From a virus: DNA of 64,000 nucleotides. Shown piece after piece: positions 26,512 to 34,497 of the stretch. The notes below the pieces were generated by a model. The model was not told where the DNA came from and ran no database searches. It saw only the letters and a program-made list of their open reading frames with translations. The stretch is taken from positions 1-64,000 of the IMG/VR virus record IMGVR_UViG_3300012165_000002; one strand, written 5' to 3'. The translations under genes and the position numbers were made by a program. Each line of letters begins with the position of its first letter. Within the stretch, counting starts at the first letter, position 1.

Positions 26512-27724
26512 TTTGTTTCATCTCGCTTTCCGATTTAATATTTTCAATCCATCTTTTTAAAATATTTCTCATTCTGCTGCTTGGAATATACAACCATATT
26601 TCGTTACCCTCCCTTATTGCCGACCTCCATATGAATTGTATCATTTCGCTTAAAGCATAAGACTCTTCATCTACCTCAACGCCATTCATAATAAAAAAGT
26701 TTTTAATATGTGGGTTAAAAAACTTGTTAACCAAATAAGCAATTGCAATTCTGTCTTTGTATTCATTTGTTGCCCTCATATTAGAAGATAGAAACCCCTT
26801 TGTGTAACCTTTACCACTGATCAGTGGTTGATAATCCTTAAATGTAGTCCATAAATTTAGTTGCGTTTTAGTTTTAGTATAATGTTTAAAAAAATTAGCA
26901 GTATTATTTTTAAGCACTTGCATTAATCTGTTTTCTTTATTCCTATAATACCAGCTAACCGAAAGTGATGTTTCTAAATCTCCTATTTGATTTAATTTTT
27001 CTATATCACATATATTAATTAATTTATCATAATTTTGATAATTGTACTCTATTACATCACTTGTTAAATTATAATTTTCAACATTATCTCCCGTAATGTA
27101 CAAATAATCATATTTAATATTATATAAATCAAAATAATATTTTTGTGTCTGTGCCTTAAATAAATAAGTTAATATATATATTTCTTTAAAAGCTTTAAAA
27201 GTAGATATTGGAAATAACCAAAGGATTGCAACGTTATCATATATACCAATACATTCTAATTCACATAATCTTTTATATTTCTCGAATTCGCCCTCATACG
27301 TGCTCGCTGTCCACTTCAATAAATGTCCATCAACTATTTCTGTATATTTTTCTAATAATGTATCCAAATCATCTTTGCTTATATCTAATGGCTGTATAAC
27401 ATCAGCCACCTCATCCATCACAAGTACATAATTATTATTATAAGCTAATTCAATTATTTCTTGGTCAAACGATCTGAATAAAGAATGAGTTGAAACTATA
27501 TTTACTCCTCTTTCAAATAAATATTTAATTCCTCGGATTTTAGATCCATTCGTTTTCTTTGTTTCGCTCTTTCCAAATGCATCTGGTTGTCTAAATTTTT
27601 TACTTGGACACTTTTGTATTATCCTTTCAACCTCGGTCAAATATGGTGTGATGTACAAAAATTTAATATCATCATCGCACTGATTTATATAATTTATCAA
27701 TGCGGACGTTTTACCCATGCCCAT
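26501..27724 (-). CDS. SF2 helicase-like P-loop ATPase (true start probably at ATC/ATA 27751-27754)
   Basis: Walker A GMGKTS at the extreme N-terminus, Walker B VLVMDEV, motif-VI-like FIWRSAIREG. The frame is open upstream (IIEIKIVDAL), supplying the beta-strand expected before a P-loop. GGAGGG RBS at 27760-27765. Confidence 0.7.
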   Translation of the reverse strand: MGMGKTSALINYINQCDDDIKFLYITPYLTEVERIIQKCPSKKFRQPDAFGKSETKKTNGSKIRGIKYLFERGVNIVSTHSLFRSFDQEIIELAYNNNYVLVMDEVADVIQPLDISKDDLDTLLEKYTEIVDGHLLKWTASTYEGEFEKYKRLCELECIGIYDNVAILWLFPISTFKAFKEIYILTYLFKAQTQKYYFDLYNIKYDYLYITGDNVENYNLTSDVIEYNYQNYDKLINICDIEKLNQIGDLETSLSVSWYYRNKENRLMQVLKNNTANFFKHYTKTKTQLNLWTTFKDYQPLISGKGYTKGFLSSNMRATNEYKDRIAIAYLVNKFFNPHIKNFFIMNGVEVDEESYALSEMIQFIWRSAIREGNEIWLYIPSSRMRNILKRWIENIKSESEMKQNEI

Positions 27725-27775
27725 TAACGCATCTACAATTTTTATCTCTATGATTCATACCCTCCATTTCTATTC

Positions 27776-27941
27776 GGAACTTTTTTTAAGAAATAAGTTC
27801 CAATACCAATTTTTAAATGTCGATTTAATCACGTTGTCAATTTACTTGAAAAATACAAAAGTTCCAAAATTGAAATTTTATGTCAGTTTTAAGCCATTTG
27901 TAAGCCCTTGCCTATAAGGAAATATATTATAAAAGTTCCAA
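27776..27941. repeat. Dispersed AAGTTCC(AA) motif: three direct copies plus one inverted copy
   Basis: AAGTTCCAA at 27795-27803, 27859-27867 and 27933-27941; the last two sit inside an identical 14-mer AAAAGTTCCAAAAT. Inverted GGAACTT at 27776-27782. Confidence 0.7.
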
Positions 27942-28055
27942 AATATTTTACAATTTTGACCGATAACTTATATGGTGCCAACTTTCCGTTTTTACGCGAG
28001 CCTGTCACGGTTTACGTGTAATTTTAATCATCTAAATCCACATTTTTATAATCCA

Positions 28056-28084
28056 AGTATATCACATAAAAATTCCGTTGTCAA
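28056..28084 (-). promoter_or_regulatory. SigA-type promoter reading leftwards into the helicase-like operon
   Basis: Minus strand: TTGACA (28084-28079), 17-nt spacer, TATACT (28061-28056), with TG one base upstream of the -10. A weaker twin (TTGACA 27840-27835 / TTTAAA) shares the extended box AATTGACAACG. Confidence 0.55.
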
Positions 28085-28662
28085 TTACATTTCGGTTACA
28101 TCTCCTATTATATTTGAAACGATCAGACAACGACATTCCCCAGCCGTTACGTGTGGCATTTGACACACAATTCGACATTCGTTCCTTTAAAAAATAAAAA
28201 AAAGAAAGGTTTTGACCTTAAAACTATAACAGCCAGTAACTTCCGGTCAGCCAACCAGAAGAAGATTGCCTGTAACAAAAAAAAAGGAAATGATGGACGG
28301 TTCAGCTATACACTCAAGCATTGTAACCGTTTCAGCTTCAAAGGTCAAGACCGTGGGGATACCCCACACCCCGCTTAACTCTCGGTTAAGCTAAAAGATC
28401 TTTTTCCAGTAGACATGTATGTCTTTTGCCACTCATGTTTATAGCTATGTAAAGGTATCCCCCGCCCAGTAAGTGGCTAAACAGAAATGTGCCGGTTAGA
28501 GGCATTTCGTTTATCGAATGTTTCAAATATAATATAGGTGCTTCGACCCGATGTCGCTCAAATCCGCATGTCACCAACGTTCCGCTACATCTAAGCTTAA
28601 TCGCTCGCCCATTGAACAATCAATCGCTTGGCTCCGTTTCGGCTCAAAGTTAGGCTGTGAGC

Positions 28663-28806
28663 TGAGTGTAAGATTGGAAATATTGGGAAATTGTTTGGTT
28701 AATTGTGAAAAAGTGTAGGAATAATGAGGGAAAGTTGATTTTTGTGAGGAAAGTTTGAGAATGGGGAGATTTTTTGATTGTGGAGGAGAGAATGGGGATG
28801 TGATAT
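28663..28806. other. 144-nt tract with no C on the plus strand
   Basis: Direct count: no c between c28662 and c28807. Contains GAGAATGGGGA twice (28757-28767, 28788-28798; 31-bp spacing). Confidence 0.95.
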
Positions 28807-29095
28807 CGATGTAAAGGCCGATATAGGTGATTCGGAATCGGAATTGGTTGAGAGTGTCGAGAAATATGGACTGGAGGGCTTTGGTCTTGCCAACCTGCCA
28901 TGGGATATGCGAACGCACCCGCCGGTGCGCAAACCGGTATGATTTACGTGATTTTTGTAACCAGTTTATGACGGCTTGCGACGTGTGGGCGTGTCGTGCA
29001 TCCGCTTGTCACGTGCATATCGTCGCAACGTTGTGTCGTGCTATGCCCACATGTTCGGCCCTAGCCTCCTTTTCTCCGATGGGCTGCTTTTGAAG

Positions 29096-29282
29096 CCTTA
29101 CAATACATCATTTATTCCCTTCATTCCCTCTATTCCCATCATTCAATCCATTCTTTCTACTCATTCACTTCAATTTCTTCCCATTATTCACCCTTTTCAT
29201 TTATATTTATCCATTCATCCTTTTCAATTCATTCAAACTACACCAAATTTTCAAACAATTATCCTTCAAACTATCCAATACA
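29096..29282. other. 187-nt tract with no G on the plus strand (mirror of 28663-28806)
   Basis: Direct count: no g between g29095 and g29283. At least six CATTC/TCATTC copies, the complement of the GAATG motifs in the left tract. Confidence 0.95.
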
Positions 29283-29713
29283 GTTATCAATACTGCGTTA
29301 TTCGTGATCCAGCGGCATTTATTTAATTACGGCGAATATTCCGACAATTCATCCCGTCAATCTGTACAATTTACGCTTTAACGGCGGCTATTTTATCGTT
29401 ATATGCTGCCACAATCGTTTTAGGGCGCTGCTTGATACAATGTACCAACGACATCTATCGTCGCTCTACGTGCATCCTGTGACCATACGGCGGCATACGG
29501 CGCTTAACGGCGACGGCTGTAACATATGTTTGTGTCATATTGCACTAGCGGCATGCTGTTTTATTGTGCACATTGCTATATTTTCTATGCGGCTTGTTTT
29601 TGTCGTGTTTTTGCTTGTGTCGTTGCTTACATATGTGAGATAATAACATCCTAACAGTTAATTGTTAGGGCAACGGCACGGCCAATGATGCCATACATAA
29701 AGGAGATACAACC

Positions 29714-30679
29714 ATGAAAAAGGCTAATTATTTAGACAAATTGAACAAGTCCATAGAGACTTGCAAGCGCAATATCATGGCCGAAAACAAGCGGCCACAG
29801 CCTGACCACAGGGTTGTCAAGTCCACGCTTGACAGGCTTGCAAAGCTGACAGCGGAGGTTGAAGCGTTACAGGCAACAAGCACCGACAGCTTGATTGTCA
29901 GCAAGGCAAAGCAAGCTGTATATGTAGCATGTCGTACGATACACGCCAAAACGGGCGACAAGCAAGTCGAGTCTGTCATGCTCAACTTGTACATGTCAGA
30001 CAGGTTTGATGATACTATGGGTGTATCATCGGACTTGTTGGGCGTGGCTGCATTAGCTATAGTCGAGACGGCGCAAGCAAGCAATCTTGCGCTTGACAGT
30101 TTCTTGGCGTGTGAGTATTACGACATGCCGTATCGGCAGTACACTAACAAGAATGGTCAGGAGGCGTACCACACGCCTTTTAGCTGGACATTGACACAAA
30201 TCAACAAATCTATTCACGCTCAAAAGACAGGGCGTGGACGTAAGACAGTATCAAATTACGCCGTTGTGCGTGATGCTGACTGTCACGTATATAATGCAAT
30301 CAGCGGGGAGTTGACGGGGATTGAAACATTTGAAACCCGTCAAGTAGCTGTGACAAGCTCATACGCAATAGAGCTTGTCAGCCTTGACGCTGTTATTGAC
30401 GGCGCTGGACTAGACGCAAGCTCTTACGACATTGAGCGGGATAGCTCAATGGACTTAGAGAGGTTATACATGTGTAAAAACCTCTCACCGCAGGAAAAGG
30501 TTATCTTTGATATGCTCCAAGACGGCCTCAAGCAGGTTGAAATAGCTGACTTGCTCAAGAAAAAGATGACTACCATCAATACGGTAGTCAATCGAATCCG
30601 TACCAAAATAGCCAACCTCCAATGTGGAGAAGGCTATGCTTACAACTATGACGTTGTGAGCAAGTACCGGACGAAATAA
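29714..30679 (+). CDS. DNA-binding regulator with C-terminal sigma-70 region-4 / LuxR-type HTH (possible phage sigma-like factor)
   Basis: 321 aa. LSPQEKVIFDMLQDGLKQVEIADLLKKKMTTINTVVNRIRTKI matches the region-4/LuxR HTH pattern. AAAGGAGATACAACC RBS. G+C content clearly above the rest of the window. N-terminal 250 aa unrecognised. Confidence 0.6.
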   Translation: MKKANYLDKLNKSIETCKRNIMAENKRPQPDHRVVKSTLDRLAKLTAEVEALQATSTDSLIVSKAKQAVYVACRTIHAKTGDKQVESVMLNLYMSDRFDDTMGVSSDLLGVAALAIVETAQASNLALDSFLACEYYDMPYRQYTNKNGQEAYHTPFSWTLTQINKSIHAQKTGRGRKTVSNYAVVRDADCHVYNAISGELTGIETFETRQVAVTSSYAIELVSLDAVIDGAGLDASSYDIERDSSMDLERLYMCKNLSPQEKVIFDMLQDGLKQVEIADLLKKKMTTINTVVNRIRTKIANLQCGEGYAYNYDVVSKYRTK

Positions 30680-30685
30680 ACAACA

Positions 30686-30712
30686 ATTCCCCTGCAATGG
30701 GGAATTTTTTTG
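30686..30712 (+). terminator. Rho-independent terminator
   Basis: AATTCCCC (30686-30693) / GGGGAATT (30700-30707), followed by a T-run. Confidence 0.8.
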
Positions 30713-30730
30713 TGCAAAATTATTTTAAAT

Positions 30731-30763
30731 CCTTGTAGTAGTTTGGCTTTTGCCGTTGCTTAT
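30731..30763 (+). repeat. 33-bp direct repeat, copy 1
   Basis: CCTTGTAGTAGTTTGGCTTTTGCCGTTGCTTAT, identical to 30848-30880. Confidence 0.9.
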
Positions 30764-30847
30764 ATTGTGCAGGGCTTTCACACACGCCTTGTGGCACACG
30801 CCACACGCTACTTTTTTTTCACCAAAAAACTTTCAAAAAAGTTTTTG

Positions 30848-30880
30848 CCTTGTAGTAGTTTGGCTTTTGCCGTTGCTTAT
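30848..30880 (+). repeat. 33-bp direct repeat, copy 2
   Basis: Identical 33-mer 117 bp downstream of copy 1. The near-palindrome CAAAAAACTTTCAAAAAAGTTTTTG lies between the copies. Confidence 0.9.
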
Positions 30881-31150
30881 TTAGTGAGAGGCTTTTTTGC
30901 TCTTACTTCTCCGGCGGCTTTTCAGTCGGGTCAGTTGTGGGACACGTCGCAACAGTTTAGACGTTTGCTTAAAACGTGGTCAGGTTTACGGATTGTCCTA
31001 CAAAATCCGATGTTTGCAAACTACAGTTTCACGGCGGTGAGTGGTTGCGGATTAAACGCAATGTAGGCTTGTGAATGCCCTCACAGTAAAGCATAATACT
31101 TAACCTTGCGCCAAAAATGTGCTAGGCAAGAATTTGCCTGTAAATGCAAA

Positions 31151-31251
31151 ACGGAATTCTACCTATAAATTGGCTACGTTCTACGAGTGTGGCCATGTGG
31201 GCAGCTGACGGAATTACAGTCCCGTTCTACGAGTGGGATTGTACGGAAATT
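31151..31251 (+). repeat. Bipartite repeats ACGGAATT ... CGTTCTACGAGTG
   Basis: ACGGAATT at 31151 and 31208 (ACGGAAATT at 31243). CGTTCTACGAGTG at 31177-31189 and 31223-31235. Confidence 0.8.
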
Positions 31252-31346
31252 GGTTACTGAATGAAGTTTTACAGGAGCGTGCAAAGAATTGCCGAAAATG
31301 ATGAAAAAACCGGCCTTGTGGTTATGAGACGCAAGGCTTTAAAATG

Positions 31347-31388
31347 CCGCATCAGCTTTTTAGGTGTAGAATTCAAATTCAAATGCGG
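31347..31388 (+). ncRNA. 42-nt nested-hairpin element, copy 1 (structured RNA or DNA palindrome)
   Basis: CCGCAT..ATGCGG outer stem and GAAT(T)/(A)ATTC inner stem. Compare with copy 2. Confidence 0.45.
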
Positions 31389-31416
31389 CTTCATTAAAAA
31401 ATAGGAGGAAATAAAA

Positions 31417-31563
31417 ATGAAAAATAATTTAAAAGAATGTACATTGGTAGAATTACAGGCAGCTTTTGACGAAATATTTGTCAACGGCTGGGATCTTGCT
31501 GACGTGTCCATGGAAATGGATGCAAACAGGATTTTTTCTGAGATTCAGAGAAGAAAAGCCTGA
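31417..31563 (+). CDS. Hypothetical small protein (48 aa)
   Basis: TAGGAGGAAATAAAA RBS, ATG 31417; MKNNLKECTLVELQAAFDEIFVNGWDLADV.. Flanked by the two 42-nt elements. Confidence 0.5.
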   Translation: MKNNLKECTLVELQAAFDEIFVNGWDLADVSMEMDANRIFSEIQRRKA

Positions 31564-31571
31564 ATAACTTA

Positions 31572-31613
31572 CCGCATCGGCTTGTCAGGCGTGGCGTTCA
31601 AACGCAAATGCGG
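31572..31613 (+). ncRNA. 42-nt nested-hairpin element, copy 2
   Basis: Same length and outer stem as copy 1. The inner stem is GCGT/ACGC, so two base pairs changed in a compensatory way. Confidence 0.45.
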
Positions 31614-31667
31614 TTTAGGGTTTGGCCATTGATCCTCAAAATGGCATACATATGAAAGGGGAACAAC

Positions 31668-32456
31668 ATGAATAAGAAATTTGAGAGCATCCAAGAATTC
31701 TTAACAACAAATGAGGCCAGAATAGCCTATGAGAATGCGCTGGGCGATGATAAGGCATCTGAAATTGCAAAAACTAAGGCAATTTTAGATGAAGCGTTAA
31801 AGGTTTTCAATGAGAAAATTATTGGTATGCAGTATGATGACATTCTAATCGAGTGTCAGACAGATCCAGAAAGCAAAAACCCGACATTAAAGGCGATTAC
31901 ATTAGGATCGCTTGTGGCTTATGGTTGCAAACCTAACAAAAAGACCGGAATGGTCGATTTTGTTGAAAAAATGGTAATCATCGACTTGCATGACTTAAAT
32001 GCAAGAGCGAAGAAAATTAACAGAGATACAAAAATATTTAATAACCCAAGTTGGGTTTATTGGGTAGAAGCGCTGAATCACGCTCTTTTTGAGGAGCGGA
32101 AGGGAAGTTCAGAAATCAAGTCCCTCTCTGACAAGTATGAGACATTTAAAATCACAGAACCAGCAAGGGAATTGAAAATCGATTTTTCAACAATCGCAGG
32201 GAAAACAAAGTGCATTCAGGCTGTAATGGATGCTATTTTGTTTGCTCCTTATGTAGGTAAAGACGGCAAGGAAGACGAAACGAAAAATCGGTACAAAGTC
32301 CTTACGAAACACGCAAAAACGTTGAATGATAACTATTCGACGTGGAGCAGAAAAACGAAAACCGGAATCGTATTGCCTACAGAGGGCGCATTTCGGCAGC
32401 AATTGATGCGAATTCTGTTCTCAATAGTGACTGGAACGGAATTCAAGGCTGAGTAA
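31668..32456 (+). CDS. Hypothetical protein (262 aa), first large gene of the rightward arm
   Basis: GAAAGGGGAACAAC RBS; own terminator downstream; no motif recognised. Confidence 0.7.
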   Translation: MNKKFESIQEFLTTNEARIAYENALGDDKASEIAKTKAILDEALKVFNEKIIGMQYDDILIECQTDPESKNPTLKAITLGSLVAYGCKPNKKTGMVDFVEKMVIIDLHDLNARAKKINRDTKIFNNPSWVYWVEALNHALFEERKGSSEIKSLSDKYETFKITEPARELKIDFSTIAGKTKCIQAVMDAILFAPYVGKDGKEDETKNRYKVLTKHAKTLNDNYSTWSRKTKTGIVLPTEGAFRQQLMRILFSIVTGTEFKAE

Positions 32457-32466
32457 TCGGCCTTTC

Positions 32467-32502
32467 AATCCCGCAACTATTTCACTGGTTGCGGGATTTT
32501 TT
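32467..32502 (+). terminator. Rho-independent terminator
   Basis: AATCCCGCAAC (32467-32477) / GTTGCGGGATT (32488-32498) plus a T-run. Confidence 0.85.
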
Positions 32503-32579
32503 AAATCTGATTTGAGAATGTAATAGGAATTGCATTTTGAAATGGGATTTAAAAATTGAAAAACGGGAGGAAAACGAAA

Positions 32580-32858
32580 ATGAAAATCGGACTTTGCAAA
32601 TCTCGTCACGAAATTGATGGCGTTGTTGAGTATTTGTTTCCAAATTCCGTAAATCCGCTTGATTTGAGTGGGCTTGAGGAAACGGCGTTCATAGCCATTT
32701 CTAAAATGGAAATTGGAAAGTCAATTGATTTATATGTCACCGGATTGACAGTGGCATTAGTGGCGGCGTTAAATGTGTGCCGTCGTGAAGGTATAGCTGT
32801 AACGCTATATCATTTTAATCGTGAAAGTGGGGAATATTATCCTCAAATAGTCCAGTAG
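32580..32858 (+). CDS. Hypothetical protein (92 aa)
   Basis: Start moved to ATG 32580 behind GGGAGGAAAACGAAA. Confidence 0.6.
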   Translation: MKIGLCKSRHEIDGVVEYLFPNSVNPLDLSGLEETAFIAISKMEIGKSIDLYVTGLTVALVAALNVCRREGIAVTLYHFNRESGEYYPQIVQ

Positions 32859-32866
32859 GAAAGGAA

Positions 32867-33166
32867 GTGATTGTCATTCTTGGAAAAGTTTTTGAATTTC
32901 CAAAATGGAATCGGCGGGATCAATCCAAAATAGATTCCGTTTTGGGAATTGTGGATGCATTTCTAACAGAAAATGGTTATCAATTTGAAAACGAAACTGT
33001 AAAATTGATTGAGTTTCCAAATCCGATAATCAAATACAAAATTGATTTTTTGGACTTGATGGAAAACGATTTTGGTTTTGTAAAATCGTTATCAAATAGC
33101 GTGAACGGGCTTTCATTGTGTCCATTGACGGATGGGAAATTGGAAATGCTGATTGAATTGAAGTGA
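32867..33166 (+). CDS. Hypothetical protein (99 aa)
   Basis: GTG start behind AGGAAAGGAA; ORF-track frame. Confidence 0.55.
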   Translation: MIVILGKVFEFPKWNRRDQSKIDSVLGIVDAFLTENGYQFENETVKLIEFPNPIIKYKIDFLDLMENDFGFVKSLSNSVNGLSLCPLTDGKLEMLIELK

Positions 33167-33181
33167 ATGGAGGAAATAAAA

Positions 33182-33424
33182 ATGGAAAATATTAATTTAA
33201 ATGCAATAATGGACGATTTAAGAAATGGAATGAAATTTTATGGCAATCTTGCATGGAGTCACCTTTGCATTGGCAATTCGTGCGAAGGTTTTAATTGCAA
33301 TAATTGCTCAATGCGTGAAGGGCGCGCCTATGCGATTATCGAAAACAATAATCTAATCGGTTGTCGGCTGGTTAGGCAAATTTCCGATGATGAATCGGAA
33401 GTTGTAGAATGTAGATTTATGTGA
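33182..33424 (+). CDS. Hypothetical Cys-rich protein (80 aa)
   Basis: Second ATG of ATGGAGGAAATAAAAATG, because the first ATG lies inside the RBS. CIGNSCEGFNCNNC. Confidence 0.55.
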   Translation: MENINLNAIMDDLRNGMKFYGNLAWSHLCIGNSCEGFNCNNCSMREGRAYAIIENNNLIGCRLVRQISDDESEVVECRFM

Positions 33425-33439
33425 ATGGAGGAAATGAAA

Positions 33440-33622
33440 ATGAAAATTCAAAATATTGACCGTGAAATTGAACGAAATCGGTCAACTGAATTCTGCGGAG
33501 AGTTTGAAAATCCGCAACGAAAACAAAAACGGAAACCAATTTCAATTCCGTGTGACAATTGCGATTGCGCAAAAGGTTGCACGTTTGAAAAGTTTATGGG
33601 ATGTCAGGAGGAATGGAAATGA
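33440..33622 (+). CDS. Hypothetical Cys-rich protein (60 aa)
   Basis: Third ATG of ATGGAGGAAATGAAAATG, 8 nt after GGAGG. CDNCDCAKGC. Confidence 0.5.
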   Translation: MKIQNIDREIERNRSTEFCGEFENPQRKQKRKPISIPCDNCDCAKGCTFEKFMGCQEEWK

Positions 33623-33798
33623 TTGTAAACGCTTGTGTAAAAAGAAATACAATGGTTGATGAAAATATTTGCAAAAATTGCAAAGATAAAAACTGTCGTC
33701 ATGCTGGAGAGCCGACGACAAAAGAGAGATTAGACATGTCAACATATGGCACAGCAGAATATTGGAACGGAGAGAAGGATTGCGATGAAAGCAACTAA
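33619..33798 (+). CDS. Hypothetical Cys-rich protein (59 aa)
   Basis: ATG 33619, 8 nt after CAGGAGGA, ATGA overlap with the upstream stop. CKNCKDKNC. Confidence 0.5.
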   Translation: MIVNACVKRNTMVDENICKNCKDKNCRHAGEPTTKERLDMSTYGTAEYWNGEKDCDESN

Positions 33799-34048
33799 AA
33801 AGCTTTTACAAAAAGCAAATTCCATTGCTGCAAAATATTCAAAATGGATTCTGCCTCAAGAATTACAGAATATGTATGCCGAATTGAATGCGATTGGCGT
33901 AAGTACCGGAGCTATTTACAATGACAACAAGCGTTGTGAATGGTATTATGAAGGTGAAGAAATTGAAAATTCGTATTTCTGCTATTCGGTTTACAAAGAT
34001 TCAAATCCGGATAATGTGAAAAACGAATACACAATTTATTTCTCATAA
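33785..34048 (+). CDS. Hypothetical protein (87 aa)
   Basis: ATG 33785 behind GGAGAGAAGG. Confidence 0.5.
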   Translation: MKATKKLLQKANSIAAKYSKWILPQELQNMYAELNAIGVSTGAIYNDNKRCEWYYEGEEIENSYFCYSVYKDSNPDNVKNEYTIYFS

Positions 34049-34058
34049 GGAGGACGAA

Positions 34059-34361
34059 ATGGAAATGATAAATTACGAAACATGTAAAAATTACAATCTA
34101 AAACCGATTTTGAAAGAAAAAGGCTGGCTTGCAATTCCTCTTACAAAGCATAGTATTTACAAAAAGGGTCATACCTACTATTGCACATATTGGGCCAAAT
34201 ATTACACGGTTTTAGATGTGGAATTTGAACAGCCATACAACCGGCTTAAATGTGTTACCATTCAGTGGCAGAATGGAAGTGTCAAAACACATTGTACGCA
34301 GTTACATGAAAGAGATTACGAGTTGGTGGAGGAGGACGAAAATGAAAATCAAAAGCGTTGA
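34059..34361 (+). CDS. Hypothetical protein (100 aa)
   Basis: TAAGGAGGACGAA RBS. Confidence 0.6.
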   Translation: MEMINYETCKNYNLKPILKEKGWLAIPLTKHSIYKKGHTYYCTYWAKYYTVLDVEFEQPYNRLKCVTIQWQNGSVKTHCTQLHERDYELVEEDENENQKR

Positions 34362-34482
34362 AGAAGCAATTCAGCTTTGGAATAAGTACAGGATGCACAT
34401 CAAATCCAAAGAATCAGAATTGGAATTGGAAGAATGGAAGACGTTTTTAAGTAGGATTAACGATGGAGTTTTATTTTATTGA
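34342..34482 (+). CDS. Hypothetical small protein (46 aa)
   Basis: ATG 34342 behind GGAGGAGGACGAAA. Confidence 0.45.
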   Translation: MKIKSVEEAIQLWNKYRMHIKSKESELELEEWKTFLSRINDGVLFY

Positions 34483-34497
34483 ATGGAGGAAGTGAAA

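Noticed and set aside
28386-29326. Pile of overlapping ORFs on both strands (28386..28619, 28571..28918, 28650..28901, 28699..28932, 28827..29093, 28976..29326)
   Set aside because: They coincide with the C-free and G-free tracts, where stop codons are statistically depleted. They overlap each other in several frames, lack RBSs and give repetitive peptide sequences. I treat the region as non-coding.
30731-30880. CRISPR-like array
   Set aside because: Only two repeat copies, an 84-bp spacer, no further repeats and no cas genes in the window.
30710-31066. 118-aa ORF spanning the 33-bp direct repeats
   Set aside because: No RBS. It starts inside the terminator T-run, and its only notable feature (the duplicated peptide CSSLAFAVAY) is just the translation of the DNA repeat.
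31316-31345. SigA-type promoter TTGTGG-18-TAAAAT just upstream of hairpin copy 1
   Set aside because: The -35 is weak and the spacer is 18 nt. The predicted start would fall inside the hairpin's outer stem. Not reported as a feature.
31269-31511. 80-aa minus-strand ORF
   Set aside because: Antisense to the RBS-supported 48-aa plus-strand ORF and to the hairpin element. No RBS.
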